In this document: positions 13,847 to 26,800 of the stretch, piece after piece
Position numbering within the stretch: position 1 is the first letter of the stretch
Layout: every line of letters starts with the position of its first letter
Assembly (NCBI GenBank): GCA_020536535.1
Contig: JAHLWZ010000792.1
Coordinates: forward strand, 124,001-188,000
Length of the DNA: 64,000 nt
Origin: Pelomyxa schiedti
Taxonomy: Eukaryota; Protista; Evosea
Direction of reading: 5' to 3'
Position numbers and translations under genes: made by a program
The notes under the pieces: model-generated
Told to the model about the DNA's origin: nothing
Seen by the model: only the letters and a program-made list of their open reading frames with translations
The model's database searches: none

Positions 13847-14188
13847 GAAGAAGTGGCTGGAGCACGGAGCTGGGTGTCGTGACGTGGCGCATTGTGACCG
13901 CAGACACATGTTGAGTATGTTGGCACCAACACCGGTGATGCCGGATATGCGACAGTCTTGAGGAGGCNNNNNNNNNNNNNNNNNNNNNNNNNNNNNNNNN
14001 NNNNNNNNNNNNNNNNNNNNNNNNNNNNNNNNNNNNNNNNNNNNNNNNNNNNNNNNNNNNNNNNNNNGAAGAAGTGGCTGGAGCACGGAGCTGGGTGTCG
14101 TGACGTGGCGCATTGTGACCGCAGACACATGTTGAGTATGTTGGCACCAACACCGGTGATGCCGGATATGCGACAGTCTTGAGGAGGC
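13847..14188. other. Scaffold gap (100 N) with a 121-bp identical overlap on both sides
   Basis: 13847-13967 is identical to 14068-14188 across the Ns. Confidence 0.9.
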
Positions 14189-14336
14189 TCCTTCTAGGAA
14201 TAATCAAAGGGATTGAGGCCTCATCACTCCCAAATCACTCCCAAAACGCTCCCACAAGACCTTTTGGGTGAAAACAGCACTGATTAATAGTGAGAACAGG
14301 ACAGGAGGTTCCCAGAGGTGAACTGGTCCCTTTGCA

Positions 14337-14518
14337 AGGCTTGCAGCTGTTGCCTTCAGTGCTTCGGTATCGTCACTGTTGCTATACACGTCTTCATTAC
14401 CCTAGTAATCAGAATTACTACTTTGATGGGTGTTAAAAGTAATAATTCTGATTACTAGGGTCACCAAGATGTGCAACGGTGATGATACCGAAGCACTGAA
14501 GGCAACAGCTGCAAGCCT
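14337..14518 (+). ncRNA. Long fold-back hairpin; candidate pre-miRNA/hairpin RNA (alternative: palindromic MITE remnant)
   Basis: The 46-nt outer arms are complementary except for two G-U pairs on the + strand. Inner stem ccctagtaatcagaatta / taattctgattactaggg, with a short loop. Confidence 0.5.
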
Positions 14519-15858
14519 GTTTTCCCCATGCTCTTAAGTACCATTTCACCAGTAAGTGTGTAATAAGCCACAGTTTTGGTTTATTCTCTCACTGTAAAAC
14601 GATAAGTGCAAGAACAAAACGGGAACGAACATACAATGGATTTTGAACAGTTGATCCCTTTGGTTCAGTTGTTTGTTTGTTGTTAGTCAAAGGGAAAAAG
14701 TTGTGTTAGTTTGCCTTTCCCTGGAGCATAAAGGCCAAGTGATCTCTTTCTGCTTGCATTTATTGTTGCTCAATTTCATTTCATCTCATAAAAATGGGAA
14801 AGCACTTTAGGAAGGGATGTGATCTGAGAGCTGGCTAGGTCTGTGTGAGAAGAAGAGACACGTTCAAGTTACAGTGGTAACAAGTCATAGCCGAAAAAAG
14901 TGAAATGAGAGCAAAAAAAAACAAAAAGCAAACAAGTCTTGTATTATGGTAAGACGCATTCCAAGAGTTGCAAAGAGGAATTGCACTTCCACTTGCAGTC
15001 TTCATGGGCTTCTGAAGGCCTCTCATCGATGTGACTGAAGTAACCTAAAGAAGGGTTTGGAGACAATGTTAGTTTCACTTCACTGTGTTGATTCCATGTA
15101 CCTTCGCCACATGCCTTTGAGACTGCAACATCACCTATTGCTGCAAACCTGGCGAGCACAACTCCCTTCTTTAGGAGTGCAATTTCTGTTGGTGACTTCC
15201 AGTTCTCTTCTGCAAAGATTGAAGTAAAGCTTTGGTGAAGAAAGATTGTTTCAAAGTTCCATCCTCCAAAAGAATTGTGTATGAGTTTCCTGAGCCACGT
15301 GCTTGCTCCTTTACTAAAGTCAGGACAAAATCAAACAAAATGCTGGACAGTGTTTGACTTCGAATCCTGTATTTGCACTAGCTGGGCTCCCGGAGTAGGG
15401 TGGTATGGAAGCCACCAATTGGTGGTGGAGGTCCCCAGTGCACAAACATATTGAGCAGGCCAACACCTCCCAGAACAGCGGTGATTCCATGCATACATCA
15501 GGGATAAGCCGTCCCATAGAAAATGTGCCAGTAACTGTATAAACTTCTCTGTTGCTGGAGCATCAATAAGCATAACCAATGCCTCCTCTCCCTAAAGGCT
15601 TTCAAGGTCAGGGGAAAAGAAAAACAGAAAGGAAATCTAGAAGTAAGAGACAAAGTCACTACCTTGTAATCGAAACCAAGAAATTTCACTGCAGATCATA
15701 AAGAGAAAACTCAACAACTATTTACCAATGGAGATCAAGGACAATTGAGTGCAACAACGTACGGTGGGGATAATCACATACTCACAAGCATTTCTCATTG
15801 GCTCTGGTGCCGTTGCATGGTGATGTTAAAGAACCCAGGGTGAAGGAGGACAGTGCCC

Positions 15859-16115
15859 AGGTAAATCCCCCTCTCCATATTGTTAGCTTCTGTGGGCTCG
15901 AGAATAAGCCCCACAGAGGAAGAAGTGGCAATTTCTTGGCCACCACTTAGGCTCAGGAGTGTATGTTCTGTCTTCTCTGTTTTTATTTTTCGATTTCCAG
16001 CAGTTTGGCCACTAGTGGCTTCTTCTTTCTTCTTTTTCTCATTTCACCTGAGAATAGGTGGTGGATTTTCCACTTACAGTGTAACATCACCAAGGTAAAT
16101 CCCCCTCTCCATATT
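15859..16115. repeat. 23-bp direct repeat aggtaaatccccctctccatatt (15859-15881, 16093-16115) in a degenerate region
   Basis: Identical copies read directly; the surrounding minus-strand ORFs are broken. Confidence 0.7.
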
Positions 16116-17156
16116 CATCACCCCACTCAAACATAATAGGTAACCCAGACTGACAGGCAGGTCCAGGAGAATACATGTGGCTTTGCTCCACTTTCTCAGG
16201 TTCATTTACACCCTCAATCTTACCTCACCTCCAAGGTTGGCTGAATAAAAAAAACAGCAGACCACCAATCCTGAGTGACGGAAACAAAAATGAAATTGGG
16301 GTCAAACCAACTCTACCCAAAAAACACAAAAAAATTCTGGATCCGGTCTGGATGGTGTCAAAATCGTTTCGAACCAGGGGGAGAAGGTAGTACACAGCTG
16401 TGAGCAGGAGGCACTGGGACTGAGGAAACCCAAAAAGTGGTGGTAACTGGAGGGGTGCTGGAAAAAAAAAGTACAATTTTCTGGCACCCGGACCAGATTG
16501 TATCATTCTCCTAAATTGATTAAAAAAAAACCTGTTTGATTGTGGGCAAACTGTTGTGGTATGTGGTAGTGCATAAGAAGTTGTGGTGTGATGGTTTTGA
16601 GGTCTAACACACATCCACAGTCACCATGTCCCAAAATATGACATTGGCTCCACATTTCATAACCTTTGACACCCCAAATCCTCCTCCACCAAGGCTTTTG
16701 TTTCTTTCTGCTGAACCAAGTGAATGGTGACAGCACAAATGGGAAAAGCTAGCCTAAGGGTGCCTTGGATATCCTTGGAATGAGGGGCTATCTCATCCAG
16801 GGTGGTTACACTGATGGACAAAAGGAAGGAAGCTTGATTCCTTTGCAGTGGATCTTCTTAGCAGAAAAAAAAGCTGGTGTGTACAACAACCAGCTTCACA
16901 AGTGGCACCCATTCCCAAGGAGACTGCCACAGCACCTCAGCCAAAACGACCCCGAAAGCGTTAAAACCTTGGCTCCAGACCACATGTGGGTAACAGATTT
17001 CGCAGAATGGTACAATCTTGTCGCATCGTTGTGTCAAAAACCAAGAAATTGGAGTTATTTGACCCCCAGAAATGAGTCAAGGTGACAGAAACTGTTTCAT
17101 TTGTGGCACACGAATACTAAAAACGGATGGTTTCTTTTTAGCTGAACGAACTGATC

Positions 17157-18191
17157 ATGCCAAAAAGCAAGGAGAAGACTCCGGCCGCGTGCTGTACGCC
17201 ATCTACTACAAACAAACTACGTGGCAATGGAGCTCAAAAACTAAAGGACAACAAACGACAGCCTCCAACTTCCACAACCCAACAACGCTCACCACACACA
17301 GACACAACGAAATTCACAGGCACCTCTGCCGCCACCAAGTCTAACAACACCACAACGACCACGTCCTCTACCACCACACCCACACACGGCGCACCCAAGG
17401 CATCATCCTCAACAGCAACAACAACATCGTCATCATCGTCATCAACAACAACAACAGCCACACCCGCCGCGCCGCCACCAGCAACAACGAAAGAAACCGC
17501 AGCGGCCACGACGATGACGACGACGCCCACGGCGACGCCGCTGCACACGCGCATGATCGACGGCAACATGGAGGTGGCGCTGTACAACGAGCAGAGGGGG
17601 GGGTGGCCCCGGACCGGCAAGCACGTCGTCGCGCACTACACCGACGACGCCGTCGTCGTGTACCAGGCGTACAACCGCGACATCGCGGCGTACGCGGCGG
17701 CCAACGGCAGGTTCCTCGGCGCCCCCGGGTGGAGCGACTCGCGCACGACGTGGGTCAAGCCCAACTTCCTGTGGATGATGCACCGCAGCGCGTGGGGCAC
17801 CAAGCACAACCAGCAGGCCGTCGTCGCGATCTGGCTGCGGCGCCAGGCGTTCAACAGGCTGCTGGGCCACGCCCGGATTGTGGGAGAGTTCCACGAGAGC
17901 AACGCCGAGCGCGAGGTCGTCAGGCTGCAGTGGGACCCCGACTACGCGCCGTCGTCGTCCAGCAAGCACCACCTGCACTCGGTGAGGCGCGACATCCAGC
18001 TGGGCCTCAAGAAGGTCTCGGGGTTCGCTTCTGGCGAGGACATTGTCCGAATCGTGGACCTGAGTGACTTTGTGGCTGAGCAGAGGGCCAACATGCAGAA
18101 GTCTGAGGCTCTGCTTGAAATGCCAGTCGAGAGGGTGTACCCTGTGAGCCGCGAAATAGCTTCCGTATTGGCAATGGGCTCTGATGATTGA
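17157..18191 (+). CDS. DUF4291 family protein, intronless, with a Thr/Ser-rich N-terminal extension
   Basis: VVVYQAYNRDIA, RTTWVKPNFLWMMHRSAWGTK, VRLQWDPD and RRDIQLGL are DUF4291 signature blocks. Confidence 0.88.
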   Translation: MPKSKEKTPAACCTPSTTNKLRGNGAQKLKDNKRQPPTSTTQQRSPHTDTTKFTGTSAATKSNNTTTTTSSTTTPTHGAPKASSSTATTTSSSSSSTTTTATPAAPPPATTKETAAATTMTTTPTATPLHTRMIDGNMEVALYNEQRGGWPRTGKHVVAHYTDDAVVVYQAYNRDIAAYAAANGRFLGAPGWSDSRTTWVKPNFLWMMHRSAWGTKHNQQAVVAIWLRRQAFNRLLGHARIVGEFHESNAEREVVRLQWDPDYAPSSSSKHHLHSVRRDIQLGLKKVSGFASGEDIVRIVDLSDFVAEQRANMQKSEALLEMPVERVYPVSREIASVLAMGSDD

Positions 18192-18274
18192 AGTTCCAAA
18201 AACGATTAAGCCGTTATCCCTCCTGGGTACCCAGCAAAAGAAAGTTTTAACAGGGAACAAGAAAATGGTTTTAT

Positions 18275-19443
18275 TTAGTCTTGCTTTTTCCCTCTCTTTT
18301 TGTTGTTTTTGCGTTTTGTGAGGCTGCTTGTGGTTGTTGGGGTTGCAGCAGGTGTTGGTGATGTAGTTGTTGTGGTTGTGGAGGCCTTCTTGGCCTTCTT
18401 CTTACCACGGCTTTTCTTGGGTTTGGTTTCCTTTTCTTCTTCCTCCTCTGGCTCTGGCTCTGGCTCTTCCTCTTCCTCTTCCGGTTCCGGTTCCGGCTCC
18501 GGCTCCTCTTTCTCTTCTTCCTCCTCCGCTTCGGCTTTTTCCTCCTCTTCCTCTTCCTTCTCTTCCTCCTTTTCTTCCTCTGCTTCCTTCTCTTCTTCCT
18601 CTTCCTCCTTTTTCTCAGTTTCTTCCTCTACTTCTTTTTCCTCCTTTGTTTTGTCTTCAGTCTCTTCTTCAGAGGAAGATTCATAGCTGTCATCAGAATT
18701 TGATGTTGCTTCGACCGCAGGTGTAACTGGTGCAGCAGGAGTTGCAGCAGGAGTTGCTGGTGCAGCGGCCGAGCCTCTGAATTAAAGTCAGATTACTTGA
18801 TTAATAGGGTTGCATACAGCCCAAGAAGCTTCATGAGAGCATTCTCAGGGACTGGGAATGGTCGTGGATAAGTCCAGCCCAAAATGTGTGATTGAACAAG
18901 CTTGTTTGTGGCCAGTTTCAAGGGTACAAACAATGTCTGACTGACAAAAATCGTATTGATGTGCCACTTGAGACTCACAAAAAGCATGACTGGAGTCATG
19001 AGAACAAATTCTTTCACGGAACGCATGAGTTCGCCTGAGTCATAAGCCTCAACCGTAGTTTTTGTTTGTTGACCACTGCGTGAAAGAAATTCACGTAAGT
19101 AAAATACGAGAGCCGGTTTCTTGTACGTTAGCATGCCAAGTGAGTCTTTGCCAGGAACAACAACCTCAGTTTTGTCCGCCTTGCGGTGTATAAGGCAGTA
19201 CACAACACCAAAAACGATCATATTTAGAATTTGCATTGCTCCATATGCCTTCACGGATCTTGAGAAGAAAGCACAGTAAAACAGTGGAAAATACGTACAC
19301 ATCGTAGGTAGAACAACCGGACGGGATCGGTCCAGTCGAGTCGACTAGCGTAAGTGCGTAAGTCGTAATTCGTTGTGCATAAGATCCGCAGGAACTTACT
19401 TTAGAAGCAAAATGAGGGGCAACCCCAATAAAACCGGATCCAT
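18275..19443 (-). CDS. Pho88/SND3 family ER membrane protein with a long Glu/Lys-rich C-terminal tail
   Basis: RLDWTDP; TM helix; TTVEAYDSGELMRSVK..MLFVSLKWHI..QTLFVPLKLATNKLVQSHILG..PRPF. The last exon is Glu/Lys-rich with EPEPEP repeats. Confidence 0.8.
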
Positions 19444-19727
19444 GGCGACGTGTCGGCGGTAATGTCTCGCGAATAAAAGAGCAAAAAAGAGCACAATCAA
19501 TCTCTCAACAGTATAAAAAGCAATTGAGATAATTGAGATCAGACATTCAAGGTGACTCACCCGCCGAGGCTGAACGACGCCTGAGGTGCCAAAAAACTTC
19601 TACTTGGTCCAATTGGTGGGCAAATTTTCAAAGACGGCACTTCCCTGCAGATATCTGATCGACGTCGTTCAGAAAAAGCAAGGAAACGAAACGAAGATCC
19701 GGCTACACAGAAAAAGAAAACAAAACG

Positions 19728-22700
19728 ATGAGGAGTGTTGTTGTGTACCAAGCCAGGCTTACGTTGGTGTTGTGTCTGTTGTTGTCGTTGGGGTCATGCA
19801 CACTACCGTCTGTTGTGACCAAATCACACCCGCGATGTATATACACGCAAGCCCTCATGGATCAACTCCAGGTACGAAACGATGAGGGGAAACACCTCGC
19901 GAGAATCGCTTTCTGAGATCTTGACCGTGGGTTCTTGCAGGTTTTAGTAACCGCAGAGGAGGGCACTTGGTACAACTACTTGTATTCGTGGATGGTGAGG
20001 CACGCTTCTGACAACGCCGGCTGGGTAACTGGATACTTACCCATCGTTCTCTATCAAGCGACAGAGGACACTACTTTGCACGCCCCCTATCCAATTCCTC
20101 ATTAAACTGACTGTTATTTAGCGCCGACGATGCCCTTGCGTTGCTCGAATCGCAGTTTTTGCACACAACTCAGAGTGATTGGGGTGGGGACTACTGCCGA
20201 AGATGGCCTACTCGTGTTGCAATGATTTATGACTGGGTTTATGACTATGCAAATTCTACAACGAAGGCGAAGATTATCTCTAAAGGCAACGAATTTTTGA
20301 CCTACATGATGGAGACCAACGCAGATGGGACTTCAAAACATCTCAGCAATAGTGACACTGATGAGGTTGCTTGCTTCACTTTTTTCCTGTTTTTTACCAA
20401 AAAAAAAAAAAAGATATTGGGGTACTATTCAGGGGCAATGTTGTGGTACATTGTCACTGCAGACGAAAACCCAACGGCAATTACAATTGCCAATACTGCT
20501 TGGCTTGGGGGTGTCTCTGCAAGTGGGGGCAGTTACGATACTACTGTTAGGAATGAAATCTTCCAGCTAATTACAGTTGATGCAGCCGGAGGTACTATAT
20601 TCTTTCTCCTCACATGCAATGACTTGATTGTTAGGATCATGGCCCGAAGGTACCTACTACAATCCAGGAACAATGGGTATATGGGCTCTTCAGTACCAGG
20701 CTATGAAAACTGGATTTGGGCATGATTACTTCAGCGAATCTCCTAAATTGTTTAGTGAGCTTGGCCTTCATTGGATTCATTTAACTACACCAGATATTGG
20801 AAGGTAAAGTTGTTTCCTTGAAGCTCCTAACTTTATAGTTTATATCGCTGGGGAGATGAGGGATATGGAGAGGATGCTAGAGATTTTGCAACACGTTCAC
20901 GGGACCCTGTTTCCATTTCATGGATCATGTCCTCAATGGCTGATGACTACACAGTATTCTCATTCAAATTCTAAGATTATTTCCCGAAAAGCGCAACACA
21001 GGTGCAATGCCAGTGTTGGTCATACTTGCAAGCACTTCTAGATCTCTATGCATATACAATGGTGCCCGCAGATGAAGTGTTTTTCTTTTTCATATCTTCC
21101 CATGACTCTGAAGACTTCCGGCAACTTCCAATGGGAACCTGCTCCATTTCATCTACAACCTCTATTCCGGCTTCATCTGGAATATGTCTCTACCGTAGTG
21201 GGTGGACGGCAAATGATTCCCTAATTGGGATCGAATTCCCAAGGTGGGTTTGGCTCGATCACATGACATCTTATCATGGAAATTTTCAGTTATATAGAAA
21301 AGGCAAACAATATCAATAAAGCTGATTCTCATGCTCCGTAGGGGAATGGGTCTTTACCCATCCAGGATCATATGGAGAGCCCACAACTTCGGGAACAGGC
21401 GGTTCCAACACTATGATATTAAATGGATTCCCTATGTATAGGGATGGCAGTAACATTACCCCCGAAATGTGGCACTCCCATGGTACAGTTTGCACTGCTT
21501 CTCTTCTTCTAACATGAGTCTAGAATATAAACCTGGAGCATTCGACTATGAGTTCGGGGAAAACTATGTTTTCATATCTGGAAATGCTGCAGGGGCATGG
21601 AATTACAACGGCTCCTGGTACCCTCAATATTGAAGAAGGCATTAGAATTCATTCTTTTTAGGTATGTGCCACCTTCAAGCCAGCACGAACATACCCGATC
21701 AATCTTGTACTTGTCCTCCCAAGGAAATACGCATGATACGATTATATTGTGTGACAGGCTTTACGTGCTTGATCCAAGACAATTGGATAAGTGGGACGAG
21801 CCATATTACTACACTGATGGTGAAAAAACCCAGATCGAGGATGCCGAACACCGAAAGGCTAGTATCCATGAATTCTAGACTATCTGACTGCGTTTAGATG
21901 TGGTATTTCCACATGCTGACAGTGCCTGAAGTCTCTGGTTCTCAACTGACTTTTGACACTGCTGGGGGACAACACGCTAAATTGCAGACGATCACGCCCA
22001 CAATTACAATTTCTGATGTAGTTGATGAGCATGACATTTGGCCTTCCGATGAATATTATATACCTGACACAGAGAGAATGTATCACGTGGTAATCTCCCC
22101 CTCTGTTGATAGAGACTGGGATGTGATGTTGCACGTCATGCATGCATGGGATAACGAAGACCCACTTTCAATTGGAAGCACTGTTTTTACAAACAGTTCT
22201 ACTGGCGTCTTACTACACAGAACGGGGGAGGAAGACTGTGTTGTTGTATTCAACGCTGAAAAAGGATCCATTTTGCCTTCTCCAGGTGATCCGATTGGAT
22301 ACTGGGACCCTGAAGTCCAGGTAATGGCCCCACAGTCACATTTATTCGATGCAGCAACTGTGATTTCCTTCAAAGTAAGAGTCTCTTGGATTTATTTAAT
22401 TCTAAGAGACCCAAAGGCATGGATACAGACTGCATCCTTAACAATGTACATATCAGACCTGGATCCACTTATTGATTGGGAATTGCGAATTGATGGGGAG
22501 TTGTACTATTCCCTTGATCCAAACGCGGCAGGATTCTACAGAAGAGAGATTCCAGATGTTGGGGAAGGCTCACATATTTTCGATATCTATGACGGTAAGC
22601 CGCACTCGAATTTCTTTCAAGTGGTTCATCTGCATTTCAGGCAGCGAAACAGAGCCACCTTACACGGAATCCGACTTCCCGTCCGAAGAACCTCCCTCCC

Positions 22701-22771
22701 TCTCCACCTCTGCACGAACTCTGTGGTGCTATCCTTTGCTTGCTCTCGTGCTCCTGCTTTCTCTTTTCTGA
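19728..22771 (+). CDS. Secreted, predicted GPI-anchored heparinase II/III-like polysaccharide lyase (copy A)
   Basis: Signal peptide then HPR; GSWPEGTYY; RWGD; LYRSGWTAND...DH...GNFQLYRKGEW...GSYG...NTMILNG. Ser/Pro-rich spacer and hydrophobic C-terminus (…LWCYPLLALVLLLSLF*). Confidence 0.75.
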
Positions 22772-22972
22772 TCAGAAAAAACAACTTTCTACGAACGACC
22801 CCTTTTTCTAACGGAGCTATTTTGCGGAGTTTTCAGTCTAATCGTTTGATTGTACACCGGTGGGTCCTGAATCACAGTTGCACGCCATGACCTAATCTAA
22901 TTACTTAGACATAAAAATTGATTGATTTTTTTTGTCCAAGCCAGATCACTTTTCCTCTCCAGTTAATCGACC

Positions 22973-23661
22973 ATGGCCGGGGGGTACGTCGCGCCCGCAT
23001 CTCGTTTTTTTTTACTGTTCTGTTTCGTTTTATTACGTAGCTACGCTGCCGTTTAACGCTGTTTTCGTTTTCGTTTCTTTTTTTCATACGTCGCCTTCGT
23101 TTCAACGTAACTTAATTCCTTCGCAGTCCCCGAGGTATGCATGCGGCCCGAAAGCTGAAAAAGACACGCAAGAAGCAAAGGTGGGCCGACAAGAAGTTCA
23201 ACAAGTCACACTTGTCCACACGATGGAAATCCAACCCCTTCGGAGGGAGCTCCCACGCCAAGGGAATCGTTCTTGAGAAGGTCGGCATTGAGGCCAAGCA
23301 GCCTAACTCTGCCGTGCGAAAGTGTGTACGTGTCCAGCTCATCAAGAACGGCAAGAAAATCGCCGCTTTCGTCCCCCAAGATGGTTGCCTGAACTTCATT
23401 GAGGAGAACGTATGCGCCCCCCTTCTCTACCTACAATATTAAAATTAATTGCGTCCTAATTCTACACACAATTACTATTAACATTGTGCATTCAACTCAT
23501 CCTCTTTTCCTTTCCTACAGGACGAAGTTCTAGTTGCCGGATTCGGTCGCTCTGGCCACGCCGTGGGTGATATTCCCGGTGTCCGTTTCAAGGTTGTGAT
23601 GGTCTCTGGTGTCTCCCTCAACGCCCTCTTCAGAGGAAAGAAGGAGAAGCCCCGCTCATAA
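22973..23661 (+). CDS. RPS23: 40S ribosomal protein S23 (uS12), 3 exons
   Basis: MAGG|[10 protein letters not shown]...[27 protein letters not shown]...EEN|[26 protein letters not shown]...KKEKPRS*. Confidence 0.98.
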
Positions 23662-23817
23662 GCGACTGGCCTTCAACACGCCAGCCCACACCAAGCCCAG
23701 TACAGCACCACACCCCCCACCACACCCCTTGTGTTTTGGAGAAAATCAAGCAACCATTCAATTCATTCCCTCTTGTTTCTTTTATGAACAAATTCTCTAT
23801 CAAAAAAGACTCTTTCT

Positions 23818-26800
23818 TTAGAGTTGAAGGTTGAGCAGTGTTAGGGCAAGTAGGAAGAGGGAGGAAAGGAGGAGAGAGGTGGGTTTTGTTGGTTTGGTGC
23901 CGGAGATACTCTCTGAGGAAGAGCATTTCCAGCTGAATTCGATGGTCTGTACTTCACATGGGAGGGCCACGTCGCAGGTGAAGTGGTCTTGAGGAGTGCT
24001 GGCGCAGTTTACTCGGCGGGATCCAACAGTAGCGGAGAAGCCACTCACGGGGCACTCAGGGTCATCTTCCGGGGTAAAGTCGAAGGATACAAGGCAGTTG
24101 GAATCACAGTGCGTGTGGAACGCTAGTACCGAGAGGCTAGTGGTCGTGGAATCGAGCAACGATATATCCAGTGAACAACTAGATGAGCTGTATGACATTG
24201 GCATCTGACCGGGGAACTGCAGCTCCCCCTCGGAAGTGTGTAGCAGGCCCCAACTTACGAAATCGGAACCATCTTTTTGGGGATAGGTTTAGAGGTTGTG
24301 AATACAGGCAAGAGACAACGTACTTTGTACAAGAATGAGTGTGTCACCATAGAAAGAGGCAAACATGTAGGAAACAGACACGTTATTGTCAGAAGAGTAA
24401 ACAACGTTATATTGGCCACCAGTGTCATCACTGATAATCACACCAGTGTATCCCTCACCTTCCATCTGTGAAACGACAGGAAAGCTGTTTTTCAAATGTG
24501 AGGAAGAGGAAAAGAACACTCTTGCACACTCAGTAATTCCTGCTCTTACGATGTGCAGTGACGTGAATTCCAGGAAGTCCATCATAAAAGTGGCAGATGA
24601 CTTCAAATTGTATCCGACTTGGATTGCCTCCAAATCTTTGTTATATTTCCCTGAAGTGTGTTAGATTAACTGGGCCTGCACATTGCTACCATTAATAAGT
24701 TCTGGCACAAAATATGTGGGATCTACAGAATTTGCGTATGACGATGGTGACCTGCCGTGAATCAGTGCTTTCATGGGAGTGGATAATAATGCATACTTTG
24801 ACGAATGAAGAAGCCAAGTGCCCAAATAGTACTTACTGGCATTGGTCCAGAATTGATAAGATGCCACCTCAGTGAAAGTACCTGAGAAGAGTATGAAATG
24901 AGATACTGGGAACTGCTTTACATACTGTACGAGTGGATTCTCCAGTCAACGGTATGTGTTGCGGAACTGTTGAATTTTACTCTATCATGTAAAAGGATGA
25001 AGTCCTCTGCAACTTGAATAAGTGTTCTGGTGAAATCAACCAAGCCAAGGGATTGTGGATAAGTGTGAGCAGCTTGCCCACTGGCACCGTTAGAAGGAAC
25101 CAGGCTGAAATACAAACCTCACTGCAGAGTATTGTAAACCAGTGAAATTCTGGTTCCCAGAAATGTACGGAGGTATAAATGACAAAATCTGAACAAGGCT
25201 TTAACAATAAGGGGAGCTCCAAGAAGTAAGCTTACTGTTGCCTCGTAGTACAAGTCTGTTTTTGCTGGTTGTGGAAGCCACATGGAGTTTTCTCCAATCT
25301 GGCCTGAAAAGGATTAATTGCGTTGCACCAACACTTGCGTTAACGAACCCTGTCCATCAAATATTAGTGTATTGTGAGTTTTGGTTTCTTTCTTGTAGCT
25401 GTAGCCATGATCTACAACTAAATGCTTGGCTCCAGAGTCGAGAATCCAACTATTTGCGTCAGGGTGTTCGTGGCCACCTTTTTCTCTGAGTGAAAAAGCT
25501 AATAGAACATAGTAAAATGTACCAATAGGTCGGACACTCTTAAATGAAAGCACTTGGGCATTTGGAAACCAATTCGTCCTTGAAATGGTTATTCCTGTTT
25601 TGTTAAAGTGGTGATAACACGGCATGTTTGCATTAATTGGTCCAGCGGTATCATCAACACTCCCATCGTACCACAAAACATCCCAACTTCACAAATATGT
25701 TAAAGCGTAAAGAAAATGGAGTATCTACCAGAAGTAGTTATAATCGGGAGCCATCCCATGGAGAGCTACCCACTGCGCAATTTGGTCTTGGTACTCACTT
25801 GCAATTTTAAGTAAGCTGGTTCTGCCCGCTATTTTCTTTGATTTACTAAATAAATGTGGCACATCTACATACCACTGTAACCGTTGTATGGGCAATCACC
25901 AAAATCCACAAGCTAAAATATGTTCATTCATTTAGTCCATTAAATTTGAGTGGAAAAAATAACTTACTTGCACTTGATCAGGCAATGTTAAGTAAAGCCT
26001 ATAGAGGGCTGTGTGCTTCAAGTACTCTGATTCTGAAAACCAATTCCTCTCATTAGAAAATCGCCGCATTTCTGCATATCGGACAACGTATTGGAGACCA
26101 TAAGACCAGTATGCTGCTCCCTCATGAGTACCTCCATCGGCATTTCTAAAGGACGTTATTGTAAGGGGGGATGCAAGAAAAAAAATACAGCATATCAAAA
26201 GTGTAACCAAAGTACTGGTCAATGTAGTCCTGCCAGAATGATGTAGGATAGGCAACATCTTCATCATTGAAAACTAAAGCTGAAGTTCCAATAGCACAGT
26301 TGTCGATCTGTCCATGATTGGCAGTATAGTAGCCAATACTGCTTTGGCCATCCTTTGGACCATAAAGGGGTACAACGTACTCAGTTTCTACTAATGCTCT
26401 AATCCGAATCTTGAATATATTTTAGAGTATCCACAAACTGATTCTTTGCCTAACCTCGTGGCGTTGCAATGGAGTGAGTTCTTGATAAAGCCAGTCATAC
26501 CCAAGAGATATCCCCATCAGAAAGTGAGATATAGTCAAATCGGTTCCTCCCCAATAAAATCGCCAGCCTTTTATCATCTTGAGACAACGTGTTCATCAAG
26601 TAACTCATTACCTGAATACTCAGGGTAGGTAATGATCTGCCACATATATTCAAAAGCCTTGTCAAAGTATTGCCGATTTCCACTAACTAGATAAGCAAAC
26701 GCATATGCAGTAATTGTCCATTCATATGTTCTAAAGGGATTTAAATGAAACTACAAGTCACTATTACCTCAGGTCATCATCTACTGTTGGATTCTAGGTG

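Noticed and set aside
13847-14188. Direct repeat or LTR-like pair
   Set aside because: Same 121-bp gap-flank artefact.
16765-17085. APDHMWVTDF resembling an integrase core start
   Set aside because: No further DDE motifs or element termini; probably chance.
18300-18726. Plus-strand Ser/Phe-rich ORFs and other long antisense ORFs in GC-rich exons
   Set aside because: Shadows of low-complexity coding sequence on the opposite strand.
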